A stretch of DNA of 64,000 bases from an uncultured Clostridia bacterium. Its GTDB lineage: Bacteria; Acidobacteriota; Blastocatellia; UBA7656. The stretch lies in contig CAZTUB010000014.1 of assembly GCA_964615905.1 (NCBI GenBank), positions 88,057 through 152,056 on the forward strand, read 5' to 3'. The notes beneath the pieces are model-generated. The model saw nothing but the letters and a program-made list of their open reading frames with translations. It made no database searches and was not told the origin of the DNA. This document shows, in pieces, positions 1 through 9,354 of this stretch. Position numbers and translations under genes: made by a program. Within the stretch, counting starts at the first letter, position 1, and the number at the start of each line of letters is the position of its first letter.

Positions 1-1073
1 GAGTGCCTTGGGCCCGCGCAGTAGGGCGGGTGATGAGTAAACGGGATGCGCCATACTCGCGGGTTGGTTTCGGCGGCTCCGGGCATGGGAAAAGCGGTGT
101 CGAGAAAAGAGGCGTGGTTGGCGTGCGCGAAAAAACGGTCTCCAAACAGAAACGACTGGCGCGACGTGTCCACGCAGATAAACTCTATGTCCGACCCGTA
201 ACCAAATCTGTAAAGGAGCCCCGGACCTATTGACGACCGCCCGGCCGCCTCTTCTCCTGTAAGGCGCTCATTGAGAAAAAAATTGTCGATCAACTGCTGG
301 CGGTCATCGCTCAACTCTGTCTCGCCCGTGTCGTGGTTGCCTACCGCCGGGTAAACAGGGACTCGATTGATGATGTATCTGTAGGGCTGGTAGAAGGTGA
401 AGAACCAGTCGTCGTCTTCGTCGCCGGTCGCTCCGACGGGTATGCCGAGCAGCGTCTTTCCCGCGTAGATATTGTCGCCCGTCGTAAGCACCAGCCGCAC
501 TCCGCGCTCGTCAACCGCTTTATCAAGCGCGGAGGCGACCCCGCGCTGGCAACGGTCGGGCCGCGAGGGCTTGCGCACGCCCGTCCCGAAATCGCCTATT
601 ATGGCGAACGTAAGCGGCGCAGGCGTGTCCGGGTGCGGGTGCGTGCGAAAGCGGTTGTCATAGACTCGCCCGCTTTTTACAAGGCCCTGGCCGGTATGGT
701 CCGCTCTCCAATCGCGCCGCTCGCCCGCCGCCCACTCCTCGCCGTTTACAATGACGCGATAGCTGTACTGTGTGTCGGGCGCGAGGCCGGTCACCCAGGC
801 GTGGTTCGTCGTGCAGGTTTCGGCAAAGGCGACGAGCGCGCCCGACTGGTCAAAGACTTCGACGCGCGCTTCGCCAAAAGGCTCGGACCTCGCTCCAATC
901 GTCTCGCGCCGCGCGGGGTGGACGTGTTTGAGGTCGCTGTCGTCAACAAGCTTCCAGTCGCCGTCGCGCGCGCGGTCGCGCACGCGGAAGTAAAACCCGC
1001 CCCAGGCTATCAACGCCGATTTGTGCGTGAGGCTTGCAAGGTAGAGGTAAGGCTCGGCGTGAAACTCAGGCAT
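1..1073 (-). CDS. Calcineurin-like metallophosphoesterase (purple-acid/PhoD-like phosphatase family); the 3' end runs past the window start
   Basis: Reverse-strand translation from the ATG at 1073 (MPEFHAEPYLYLASLTHKSALIAWGG...) is open to position 1. It carries the motifs GDFGTG, TTGDNIYA and AVGNHD. The ORF track does not list it because no stop falls inside the window; the + strand ORF 333..1091 is its R/V-rich shadow. Confidence 0.7.
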   Translation of the reverse strand, partial: MPEFHAEPYLYLASLTHKSALIAWGGFYFRVRDRARDGDWKLVDDSDLKHVHPARRETIGARSEPFGEARVEVFDQSGALVAFAETCTTNHAWVTGLAPDTQYSYRVIVNGEEWAAGERRDWRADHTGQGLVKSGRVYDNRFRTHPHPDTPAPLTFAIIGDFGTGVRKPSRPDRCQRGVASALDKAVDERGVRLVLTTGDNIYAGKTLLGIPVGATGDEDDDWFFTFYQPYRYIINRVPVYPAVGNHDTGETELSDDRQQLIDNFFLNERLTGEEAAGRSSIGPGLLYRFGYGSDIEFICVDTSRQSFLFGDRFFAHANHASFLDTAFPMPGAAETNPRVWRIPFTHHPPYCAGPRH

Positions 1074-1114
1074 GACTCTCCTGTCGAATAACTCTCCCGT
1101 CGAATCGGGCGCGG

Positions 1115-1966
1115 CTACAGCCTGTTGTAATCGATCTTGAGTATCTCCATCATCCGCGACACGTCGCCCGTCTCAAAGCCGAGCCGGAACCAGCGCGCGC
1201 GCTGCTCGGATGTGCCGTGCGTGAACGAGTCGGGGGCCACATGGCCTCTGGACTGCTTCTGCAACCTGTCGTCGCCCACGGCGCTGGCCGCTCCGAGCGC
1301 TTCGTCGATGTCACCGGGTTCGAGTATGTCCTTTGTGCGCTGGGCGTGGTGGGCCCAAACGCCCGCGAGATAATCGGCCTGAAGCTCGACCCTTACCGAC
1401 TGCCTGTTAAATTCGGCCTCGCTCACACGGCCTCTTCTCGAATGGAGGTCGTTGAGAACGCCGAGCTGGTTTTGAACGTGGTGACCCACCTCGTGCGCAA
1501 TTACGTAAGCCTGGGCGAAGTCGCCCGCCGCGCGGTACCGCGTCGCGAGCTCTTCAAAAAATTGCAGGTCTATGTAGAGCTTCTGGTCCGCAGGGCAGTA
1601 GAACGGCCCCGTCGCGGCCGAGGCGAACCCGCAATTTGATTGGGTGCTGCCTGAAAAGAGGACCAGCCGGGGTTCGGGGTAGTCCTTTCTCACGTGCTTT
1701 GGGAACAGCTCGTTCCACACGTCTTCCGTGTCTGCGAGGACGGTCGCTGTGAACTGCCTGGATTTTTCTTCGGAAGGATCGGCTCGGCGTTCGGCGCCGG
1801 GCGCGGACGGTTGCTCTAAAGGAAGCGACTCAGGGTCTACGCCCATAAACATCGCCACGAGGACCACCACAACGCCTATGAGCCCTCCGCCAGCCGCTAT
1901 CCCCTTGCCGCCCATACCTCGGCGGTCTTCGATATTGTCACTCTGCCGACGGCCACTCCACCGCAT
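1115..1966 (-). CDS. ypfJ: YpfJ-family neutral zinc metallopeptidase (membrane-anchored, HExxH)
   Basis: The N-terminus MRWSGRRQSDNIEDRRG matches the conserved YpfJ start. A TM segment follows (GLIGVVVVLVAMF) and the motif HEVGHH is present. Confidence 0.85.
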   Translation of the reverse strand: MRWSGRRQSDNIEDRRGMGGKGIAAGGGLIGVVVVLVAMFMGVDPESLPLEQPSAPGAERRADPSEEKSRQFTATVLADTEDVWNELFPKHVRKDYPEPRLVLFSGSTQSNCGFASAATGPFYCPADQKLYIDLQFFEELATRYRAAGDFAQAYVIAHEVGHHVQNQLGVLNDLHSRRGRVSEAEFNRQSVRVELQADYLAGVWAHHAQRTKDILEPGDIDEALGAASAVGDDRLQKQSRGHVAPDSFTHGTSEQRARWFRLGFETGDVSRMMEILKIDYNRL

Positions 1967-2182
1967 GTATTACCTCTCAAAGAGTCGATTGATCGGCTTG
2001 AAATGCAAACCGGGCGGCTCGCCCAGCATCCACAGTGGTGGCAAGCTTAGAATAATCTGTAGCATAACAGCAATGGTTTCAGCCAGCCTCATCCGTCGCA
2101 GAGCACAATTGCGCCGAGCGCGACGCGAGAGAAGTCGTGTTATATTAAGGCTTGCTTCCAGTCCGAAGAGGGCGCGCGTAAC

Positions 2183-2752
2183 GTGAACAGCACAGAGATT
2201 CGGGCATCTTTTCTACAAGGCCGCGTTACGGTTGCGGTCGGCGACATCACCGCTCAGCGGGTCGACGCAATCGTGAACGCAGCCAACTCGACGCTGATGG
2301 GCGGGGGCGGCGTCGACGGCGCTATACACCGCGCGGGCGGCCCGCAGATTCTTGAAGAGTGCCGAACGATTCGCCGGACGCTCTTTCCGTCTGGCTTGCC
2401 GACGGGCGAGGCTGTGATGACGACCGGCGGCAGCCTTAAAGCGCGTTTTGTAATTCACACGGTCGGGCCGGTCAGAGGAGAATCGGGCGAACGTGACGGG
2501 GAGCTTCTCGCGGCTTGCTACCGGAACTCGCTCGCGCTTGCGGCCCGGCACTCTCTGAAAACCATCGCCTTCCCGTCGATCTCGACGGGGGCCTACGGCT
2601 ACCCGCGCGAGGAAGCCGCCGCAGTCGCGTCTGTAACCGTGACGGATTTCCTTCTTCGAGATGATACCTTGACACAGGTGCTGCTGGTCTTTTTTAGCGA
2701 GGACGACGCGCGGGTCTTTTTGAAAAGCCAGAGGTTCGAAAATCGCGCTTGA
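2183..2752 (+). CDS. Macro-domain protein, O-acetyl-ADP-ribose deacetylase (YmdB-like)
   Basis: Macro-domain motifs are present: VNAANSTLMGGGGVDGAIHRAGG, HTVGPV and AFPSISTGAYGYP. The gene has a GTG start and is 189 aa. Confidence 0.85.
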   Translation: MNSTEIRASFLQGRVTVAVGDITAQRVDAIVNAANSTLMGGGGVDGAIHRAGGPQILEECRTIRRTLFPSGLPTGEAVMTTGGSLKARFVIHTVGPVRGESGERDGELLAACYRNSLALAARHSLKTIAFPSISTGAYGYPREEAAAVASVTVTDFLLRDDTLTQVLLVFFSEDDARVFLKSQRFENRA

Positions 2753-2798
2753 GCGCCGACGCTAGACGCACCCGCGCGGGCGTGTTATTAAGAGACTT

Positions 2799-3281
2799 AT
2801 GAGAATGCGAACGCTGATCCTCACGCTCTTGATCATCGGTTGTCTCGCTGGCCCAGGCGCGGCGGCTCAAAACAAGAATGACGCCAGAACGCCTGTTGCT
2901 GTCATACAAGAACTCTATAAAGCCCACAACAGCGGCAAAGGCGCTGTATTCGACGGGAAAGAGAAAGCGCTATTGCTAAAATATTTCGACGCGAAACTCT
3001 CTGAAGCGATATGGAAAGAGCTGACCTCTAATTCCGAAGAGGTGGGGAATCTCAACTTCGACCCGCTTTTTTATTCGCAGGATATCGAGATAAGAAACCT
3101 CCGGGTAACCGGCCCCGCCGCCGTCAAGGGGAAGACGGTTGTCACCGCGAGCTTCAACAATTACACGCAGAAGACCGTGGTGAGATTTCATATGCGAAAT
3201 ACGGCGGATGGGTGGAGGGTCGAAAACGTAGTTTATGAAGACGGCGAGGATTTGCTCAAGATCCTGGCCACACCGCTCTAG
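2799..3281 (+). CDS. Secreted hypothetical protein, DUF3828/YbjP-like
   Basis: It has an N-terminal signal peptide (MRMRTLILTLLIIGCLAGPGAAAQ), shows codon usage with G/C at the third position, and has a clean start and stop. The family assignment is tentative. Confidence 0.55.
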   Translation: MRMRTLILTLLIIGCLAGPGAAAQNKNDARTPVAVIQELYKAHNSGKGAVFDGKEKALLLKYFDAKLSEAIWKELTSNSEEVGNLNFDPLFYSQDIEIRNLRVTGPAAVKGKTVVTASFNNYTQKTVVRFHMRNTADGWRVENVVYEDGEDLLKILATPL

Positions 3282-3334
3282 GCTCCGCGCAAAACGAGCG
3301 CTCTTGATCGACGGCGGCCTGCTCTTTTAGATTT

Positions 3335-3349
3335 AGCTTAGATTAAGCT
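3335..3349. promoter_or_regulatory. Palindromic candidate operator AGCTTA-GAT-TAAGCT upstream of the small gene 3430..3729
   Basis: A perfect 6-bp inverted repeat with a 3-nt spacer, inside a TAGATT-rich tract 80 nt upstream of the RBS. Confidence 0.25.
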
Positions 3350-3429
3350 GGGATTGTGGTTTAGTTTCAGCAGGGTTCAACCGGTCATCTACTTTCGCAC
3401 TCGCCAGGGTGTTCAAAAAGGAGGGGACA

Positions 3430-3729
3430 ATGGCAAACGATCATAAAGCTAAGGTTGAGCAAGACGCGTCTCGCATAATCGCATATCTGCTCGAACACCG
3501 CGCGGAGTTCGAGCAAGACGGGATAGATGAGTCAGTCTTATTGCCGGCTACCAACCTGTCTGAGGATGAAGCCAGAGAGGCTGTAGACCGTTTGGAGAAC
3601 CGCGAGGACGTAGTTCGATGGCCGCAAGCTTTGACTACTCCGCCCAGGTTCATGCTCAAGCCCGGAAGGGGCTGGCGCTTGATACTTGAGAAAAGCTCCG
3701 AACACGCGCACGGCGGCGCAAGCCAATAA
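3430..3729 (+). CDS. Small hypothetical protein (99 aa, acidic)
   Basis: The ATG is preceded by the strong RBS AAAGGAGGGG (3417-3426). The track ORF 3409.. begins upstream of that RBS. No recognisable domain. Confidence 0.45.
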   Translation: MANDHKAKVEQDASRIIAYLLEHRAEFEQDGIDESVLLPATNLSEDEAREAVDRLENREDVVRWPQALTTPPRFMLKPGRGWRLILEKSSEHAHGGASQ

Positions 3730-3875
3730 AGGGCCGCGCTTAAAGAGCGGCGCTCGCGGGCGACGCTCGAATCTCTGTCATAAGAATCCATCGACCGGAG
3801 CCGCCCGACCACAGATCAAACGGTTTTGATCTCTCGACGGCGGCCCGGCCGGTTTGTAGTCTGACGTGCGCGGTT

Positions 3876-4787
3876 TCAACTGGTCTGCGGCGGCGGGCAG
3901 ACGCCCGATGGGCAGACATAGGTCATGTAGCCCCCGCCGCATCTTGAGTCGTGGTCGTCGCCTATCTGTTCGAATTTTCCTTCCACCATCAGCTCGACCA
4001 GGCTCCCGAATCGCTTCCATTCCAGCACCATCGACTCGCCTACAATCTGGCCTGACCAGTTTATAAACTTGAGCGTGCCGACAGATGTATAGTCCCAGGT
4101 GGTCAGCCCCTTGAAGTAATGTCCAATCTCAGGGATGTCGGCCAGAGCGTCTATAAACAGCGAGCTTGGCGGAAAGTGCGGGACTATATCGTCCGTGTAC
4201 TCATAGCGTGTGTCCACGATCACGCTGTTATAAGCGTTGGCAAAATTGACGTCGCCTGTCATGGGCGAAGCGTATGTGTAGACGGCCGCAGGCTCTATGG
4301 CCTCAAGCGCGTGACATCTGATTGCCGCGAGGCTTGCCAGCGCGCCGCCTTTGCTGTGGCCCGTGATATAGAGCGGGAGTTTCTGGCCCCCGGCGTTCAT
4401 CTGCTTTTTCACCTCCGCCACTACGGGCTCCCACAGCAGGCTGAGGTCATCCCAAAATCCCTGGTGCACCTTTCCGGGGATGCCCGCGACGCTGATCGGG
4501 TCAGCCGTGAAGTCGCTCATCCAGTCGAGCAGGCTCGCGATAGTAACGGGGGCGGGCGGCAGCGTCCCCCTGAAAGCCAGGATTACACCGTCGCCGTTTG
4601 TGCCGACAAGGCACGCGTCGATATTGTCGTCACCCGCAACAAAAGCGACGGGCGGGGCCGTGTAACCGACCGCGTTGTAATAAGGCGCAGCTGTGGTTGG
4701 ATCGAATGTGCCGTCGAGCGTTATGTAGTAGGCACAGACGCTTGCCGAGAGCATACGACAATCCAGGGTCGGGGCAGTCGAAGTCAT
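3876..4787 (-). CDS. Class-3 (fungal-type) lipase family alpha/beta hydrolase
   Basis: The nucleophile elbow GHSKGGA (GHSxG) is present within a Lipase_3-like context (GFWDDL...YITGHSKGGALASL...YTYASP). The RBS AAGGAGA lies before the ATG at 4787. Confidence 0.85.
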   Translation of the reverse strand: MTSTAPTLDCRMLSASVCAYYITLDGTFDPTTAAPYYNAVGYTAPPVAFVAGDDNIDACLVGTNGDGVILAFRGTLPPAPVTIASLLDWMSDFTADPISVAGIPGKVHQGFWDDLSLLWEPVVAEVKKQMNAGGQKLPLYITGHSKGGALASLAAIRCHALEAIEPAAVYTYASPMTGDVNFANAYNSVIVDTRYEYTDDIVPHFPPSSLFIDALADIPEIGHYFKGLTTWDYTSVGTLKFINWSGQIVGESMVLEWKRFGSLVELMVEGKFEQIGDDHDSRCGGGYMTYVCPSGVCPPPQTS

Positions 4788-4956
4788 AGGGTCTCTCCTT
4801 TAGAGGTATAAATGCGGGATGGAACCGGTGTAGCTTTCCTTCCGCGTAAAAGGTAGCAAACCTTCCTTTGTTGTCAAGCTAGACAGAGGTGACAAAACAG
4901 AGCTAGTCTCATCCGAAGCGCAGAGCTTATTACACGGCTATACGGAAGGAGGGTTG

Positions 4957-5286
4957 ATGGCGTATTACGAAGAAGACGACCTGGGCAGGTTCTCAGAGAT
5001 GGGAAAACACTGCCCCGAACTGTTTGAAAAGTTCATGGCCTGGTACGAAGCGTGCCAGCAAGACGGGGCGCTGTCGCGGCGCGAAAAGGCATTGATAGGC
5101 CTTGCCGTCGCCCACGCTTTGCAATGCCCCTACTGCATAGACGCTTATTCGCAAGCCTGTCTTGAGAGCGGGTCAAACCTTGAGCAGATGACGGAGGCCA
5201 TACACATGGCGTCGGCGATCCGTGGCGGGGCCGCGCTCATACACGGGTTGCAGGCGCACAACTCGGTCAATAAAGTCTCCATGTGA
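4957..5286 (+). CDS. Carboxymuconolactone-decarboxylase/AhpD-like protein, the 'arsenosugar biosynthesis-associated peroxidase-like' partner of ArsS
   Basis: It shows the AhpD-like CxxC region (ALQCPYCIDAY), is about 110 aa, and lies immediately upstream of the radical SAM gene. RBS GGAAGGAGGG precedes the ATG at 4957. Confidence 0.8.
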   Translation: MAYYEEDDLGRFSEMGKHCPELFEKFMAWYEACQQDGALSRREKALIGLAVAHALQCPYCIDAYSQACLESGSNLEQMTEAIHMASAIRGGAALIHGLQAHNSVNKVSM

Positions 5287-5313
5287 CGGAGACGCGACGA
5301 AGGTCGTTACGCG

Positions 5314-6321
5314 ATGCCGAAAGATCTGCCAGTGCTTGAGCCGAGGACCACAGGGCCGGACCCGGCCCACGATTTCGATGCTGAGCTTGCGCGCCGCAGC
5401 CTTGAGCTTAAAGCTAGCCGGGTCGATACTCTACAGGTGAACGTGGGCAAGCTCTGCAACCAGGCGTGCAAGCATTGCCACGTCGACGCCAGTCCGACGC
5501 GAACAGAGGTAATGACGCGGGCGACGGCCGAGCAGGTCATAGCCGCGCTCAGGCGGTTTGGTTTACCGGCGCTCGACATCACGGGCGGAGCGCCTGAACT
5601 GAACCCCTCTTTCAGGTATATGGTCCGCGAGGCGCGCTCTCTGGGCGCGCGAGTCCTTGTTCGGCACAACCTGACGGTGAGCTTTGAGCCGGGCCAGCAC
5701 GACCTGCCGGATTTTTTTCGCGAGCACGGGGTGGAGCTCATCTCGTCGCTGCCTTATTACCTCGAACAACAGACGGATGCGCAGCGCGGTCGAGGCGTCT
5801 TTGCCCGCTCGATTGACGCGCTTCGGCGCTTGAACTCGGCCGGTTACGGGGTCGAGCCCGGATTGACGATAAACCTTGTTTATAACCCCGTCGGCGCGTT
5901 CCTGCCGCCCGCCCAACCGGCCATCGAAGCCGATTTCAAGCGCGAGATGATGAGCCGGTACGGCGTGAGGTTCAACAACCTCTACACGATCACGAACATG
6001 CCTATCAACCGTTTCCTCGACTACCTGCGCCGGAGCGGCAACGAACAGAGGTATATGCGAAAGCTGGTCGAGGCGTTCAACCCCGAGGCGGTCGAAGGCT
6101 TGATGTGCCGCACTCTTGTGAGCGTGGACTGGACGGGCAGGCTTTACGACTGCGACTTCAACCAGATGACGGGGCTGGCGGTCGCACGCGACTTGCCGCA
6201 GACGATAGCCGACTTTGACCCGTCGAAATTTAAGGCGCGGCGCATCCAGACCGGCCCGCACTGCTTTGGCTGCACGGCGGGAGCGGGGTCGAGTTGCGGC
6301 GGCGCAACCGTCAAAGGCTGA
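5314..6321 (+). CDS. arsS: Radical SAM/Cys-rich domain protein ArsS (arsenosugar-type; TIGR04167 'rSAM_SeCys' family)
   Basis: The radical-SAM motif CNQACKHC (CxxxCxxC) is near the N-terminus. The C-terminal Cys-rich tail HCFGCTAGAGSSCGG matches the family's selenodomain-like region, with Cys rather than Sec at every position. Confidence 0.85.
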   Translation: MPKDLPVLEPRTTGPDPAHDFDAELARRSLELKASRVDTLQVNVGKLCNQACKHCHVDASPTRTEVMTRATAEQVIAALRRFGLPALDITGGAPELNPSFRYMVREARSLGARVLVRHNLTVSFEPGQHDLPDFFREHGVELISSLPYYLEQQTDAQRGRGVFARSIDALRRLNSAGYGVEPGLTINLVYNPVGAFLPPAQPAIEADFKREMMSRYGVRFNNLYTITNMPINRFLDYLRRSGNEQRYMRKLVEAFNPEAVEGLMCRTLVSVDWTGRLYDCDFNQMTGLAVARDLPQTIADFDPSKFKARRIQTGPHCFGCTAGAGSSCGGATVKG

Positions 6322-6337
6322 TCATAAGCGAGGGGCA

Positions 6338-7045
6338 GTGAAAGTTTCCGTCATCATACCGGCGCTCGACGAAGCGGAAAATATCGAAGCGTGTCTCGCG
6401 AGCGTCAAGCGCCAGCAGGGCGACTTCGAGATCATCGTCGTCGACGGCGGGAGTCGCGACCGCACGGTTGAGATCGCGCGCTCTTACGCGCATACGATAA
6501 CGAGCGAGCGGGGGCGCGGGCGGCAGATGAACGCGGGCGCGCGGCTCGCCGGAGGCGAAGCGCTCCTCTTCTTGCACTCCGATTCCGAGCTTCACCCGGA
6601 TGCGCTCGAAGGCTTGCGCGCAAGCCTCCTTGATAGCGAGACTGTCGGCGGGACATTCACATTGAAATTCGACAGCGACCGGCTGGCGCTCAGGGCTTAT
6701 GCCTTCTTCACACGGTTCAAGCCGCGCGCGTTTCATTACGGCGACCAGGGGATTTTTGTGAGGCGGTCGGTTTACGACAGGCTACAGGGGTTCAAAGAGA
6801 CGCCGCTGATGGAAGACGTGGATTTCTTGAAGAGGCTCAGAAAGCTTGGGCGTGTCGCGTTAATAAAGCTGCCGGTCACAACGTCAGCCCGCCGGTTCTT
6901 ACGCCACGGGCCTGTCAGACAACAACTGCGGAACCTCTTGCTCGTGAGCCTGTACGGTCTCGGCGTAAAGCCTGAGACGCTTGCGAGATGGTATCAGACG
7001 AACCGGGACCGTAAGCGGTCCGCCTCCTTCACGCGGTCGAGTTAA
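6338..7045 (+). CDS. Family-2 glycosyltransferase of the type that associates with rSAM/selenodomain proteins (TIGR04283-like)
   Basis: An in-frame GTG start at 6338 sits 17 nt after the ArsS stop. GT2 motifs are VSVIIPALDEAENIEACL, IIVVDGGSRD and MEDVDF. Confidence 0.8.
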   Translation: MKVSVIIPALDEAENIEACLASVKRQQGDFEIIVVDGGSRDRTVEIARSYAHTITSERGRGRQMNAGARLAGGEALLFLHSDSELHPDALEGLRASLLDSETVGGTFTLKFDSDRLALRAYAFFTRFKPRAFHYGDQGIFVRRSVYDRLQGFKETPLMEDVDFLKRLRKLGRVALIKLPVTTSARRFLRHGPVRQQLRNLLLVSLYGLGVKPETLARWYQTNRDRKRSASFTRSS

Positions 7046-7047
7046 AG

Positions 7048-9132
7048 TTAGAGCTTTGAGCTTTTGTGGCTCTTTCCGAGCGGGAGCAGTATCGTGAACG
7101 TCGAGCCGAGCCCTTCGCCGGGGCTATCGGCGCAGACGGTCCCGCCGTGAAGCTCTACCAGATGGCGCACGATCGCAAGCCCCAGCCCAAGCCCCCCGTA
7201 AGGGCGCGTGCAGGTGGAATCGGCCTGGCGGAACCGGTCAAAGATGAATGGCAGAAACTCACTGCTGATCCCCTCGCCCGTATCGCTCACAGTGATCTGC
7301 GTGTGGTCTTCGGCGCGCTCAAGCCTCACCGTTATTCGCCCCTCCGAAGGGGTAAACTTGATCGCGTTCGACAGAAGGTTCCAGACGACCTGCTGCAAGC
7401 GGCTTGCGTCGCCTGGGAGGTGGCGCGCCGACGGGTCGAGCGTCACCTCTAACTGAATGCTCTTAGAATCGGCCGCAAGCTGCACAGAGTCTATGGCCGC
7501 GTTGATGACCGATGCCATATCGACCGGCGCGATGTTGAGCCGGAGCTTGCCTGTGATCACGCGCGACACGTCGAGTATATCTTCGATCAACTGCGACTGC
7601 GCCTTCGCGTTGCGGTGTATGGTCTCGACCGCGCGCTCGACCGTCGCTTCATCGAGGCGGCCCGTGCGAAGCAGGTGCGACCACCCGATGATGGCGTTAA
7701 GCGGCGTGCGCAGCTCGTGCGAGACTGTGGCCAAAAACTCGTCCTTCATGCGATTGGCGGTTTCGGCCTCTGCGCGCGCCATCTGCTCTCGCAGGAGAAA
7801 TTGTTTGCGCTCTTCGAGCTCCCTTTGAACCTGGTGATGAAGCTGCGCGCTCTCGATAAAGTCTGCCGCCATCTGCGCATAAAGGTCTATCAGCCGCATC
7901 TCACGCTCAGACGGCCTGTGCGGCTTGCGGAAATGGACCGAGAGCACGCCAATGATCGCCCCGCTTCGAGTAATGAGCGGGGTGCTGTGGCAAGCGCGGA
8001 AGCCCGCGCGCCTCGCCGCCTCCTTGTAATCGCTAAAGACCGGGTCGACCTCCGTATCCTCGACCACTATTCGCCGCCGCTGGTCATAGCAGGCCCCGCA
8101 GGCTCCGGCGCCGGTCGGAACCCATTCGACCTGGCTGATGAACTCGTCGTTGAAGCCGGTATGAACTTTTAGAGCGAGCCCTTCGCGATTCTGGTCGCGC
8201 AATGACAGCAGGCCCATGTTGGTTTGCTGAACCGACAGCGCCGACCGCAGCACCTCTTCCAGCACAGAGCTTATATCGAGCGTGCTCGTAAGGGTCAGGC
8301 TCATCTCGTGCAATCTGCGCAAGTCCTCGACCTGGACCTCCAGCTCGTCTTTCACCACGCGGAGAGCCGCTTCGGCCTCCTTGCGCTCGGCGATTTCGGC
8401 CTCAAGCAGCGCCGCCTTCTGTTGCAAGTTGAGTATGGCGCGTAGCCTGTCGCCGTCGGTTTCAAGCGATGAATAGCTTTCGGCGGGAATTATTTGAGAG
8501 TGCGCGCCGCATACCTCTTCGAGCGGCCGGGCCACGTGCTCGTCTTCGAGACCGCTCATCGGGTATGCGCAAAAAAGCGAGAAGGAGTGAGTCTTGTGCA
8601 GCTGGTTCCAGAGTCCTTCAAGATGGATAGCCGCGTCTTTTTTCTCGTCCGCCCACAACAGCGCGACCATCTCGCCAAATATGCGCACGCGGCGGTTGCC
8701 TTCGGCGGCTCGCGCGATCACCTCTCCGAGCACCTCTTTGACCGGGCCGAATTCGGGCCGCCCGTTGACCATCAGCTTCGATAAAGTCTCTGCCGCATCG
8801 AGCGGAACGTACTGGCCGCGCGCAAATGCCGGGGCAAGGTCTGCTCCCGCCGCTCGCAGCCGTTGTTCGAGGCCGTCGATGTGCGCCCTTGTGGCCACGA
8901 CGATACAGGCGTCGCCGACTTCCAGCCCGCGACTTACGAAGCCGCTCAAAGAGTTCAGAAGAAAATCGTCCGTCTCATAGAACTGAACGAAGTGCTCGCC
9001 CTCGCCCACCGCGCTCCAATCCGCGCGCGGAGCCAGTTCCATCAAGGCTATGTCGCCTGTGTGTCGGGTTAGGTCGATAGAGAAGTTGCCGTCGTTCGCT
9101 GCTTTCACCTGCGGGCCTCCATACAAATTCAA
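7048..9132 (-). CDS. Sensor histidine kinase with an N-terminal MEDS domain and a GAF domain
   Basis: The N-terminus is MEDS-like (HFVQFYETDDFL...IFGEMVALLW). A coiled coil and a GAF domain follow, then the HisKA H-box (SHELRTPLNAI) and HATPase_c (DTGEGI...GGLGLGLAI). No receiver domain is present. Confidence 0.8.
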   Translation of the reverse strand: MNLYGGPQVKAANDGNFSIDLTRHTGDIALMELAPRADWSAVGEGEHFVQFYETDDFLLNSLSGFVSRGLEVGDACIVVATRAHIDGLEQRLRAAGADLAPAFARGQYVPLDAAETLSKLMVNGRPEFGPVKEVLGEVIARAAEGNRRVRIFGEMVALLWADEKKDAAIHLEGLWNQLHKTHSFSLFCAYPMSGLEDEHVARPLEEVCGAHSQIIPAESYSSLETDGDRLRAILNLQQKAALLEAEIAERKEAEAALRVVKDELEVQVEDLRRLHEMSLTLTSTLDISSVLEEVLRSALSVQQTNMGLLSLRDQNREGLALKVHTGFNDEFISQVEWVPTGAGACGACYDQRRRIVVEDTEVDPVFSDYKEAARRAGFRACHSTPLITRSGAIIGVLSVHFRKPHRPSEREMRLIDLYAQMAADFIESAQLHHQVQRELEERKQFLLREQMARAEAETANRMKDEFLATVSHELRTPLNAIIGWSHLLRTGRLDEATVERAVETIHRNAKAQSQLIEDILDVSRVITGKLRLNIAPVDMASVINAAIDSVQLAADSKSIQLEVTLDPSARHLPGDASRLQQVVWNLLSNAIKFTPSEGRITVRLERAEDHTQITVSDTGEGISSEFLPFIFDRFRQADSTCTRPYGGLGLGLAIVRHLVELHGGTVCADSPGEGLGSTFTILLPLGKSHKSSKL

Positions 9133-9354
9133 TCCCGGTTGCGGCGATGAATTTCCTGTGCGCTGATCTTAGAGGGTATTATGGCACTGAAGATTTATCT
9201 GAGTAACTGAAGAGGTACTCGATCCAGCCAATCATATACGGTTGTACAGGCCCACATTGGCATTCTACACCGCCAGGGGTATAAATCCTAGTGATAAATT
9301 GGGTTGCGCAAGTTGCGCGGCTCCGGCGTTCTATAGAAAGCGGCGGGCTTTCAC

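Noticed and set aside
333-1091. A 252-aa + strand ORF rich in R/V/A.
   Set aside because: It is the shadow frame of the minus-strand metallophosphoesterase gene. It has no domain signal and an Arg-rich low-complexity composition.
3374-3390. The possibility that GGGTTCAACCGG is a tRNA T-arm.
   Set aside because: No acceptor or anticodon arms can be built around it. No tRNA could be supported anywhere in the window by eye.
5563-6261. A 232-aa minus-strand ORF inside the ArsS gene.
   Set aside because: It is an antisense shadow ORF of a high-GC gene with an R/V-rich composition.
6215-6337. The track's start of the GT2 ORF at 6215, which overlaps ArsS by 107 nt.
   Set aside because: An in-frame GTG at 6338 directly follows the ArsS stop. 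The upstream extension is Arg-rich and has no RBS.
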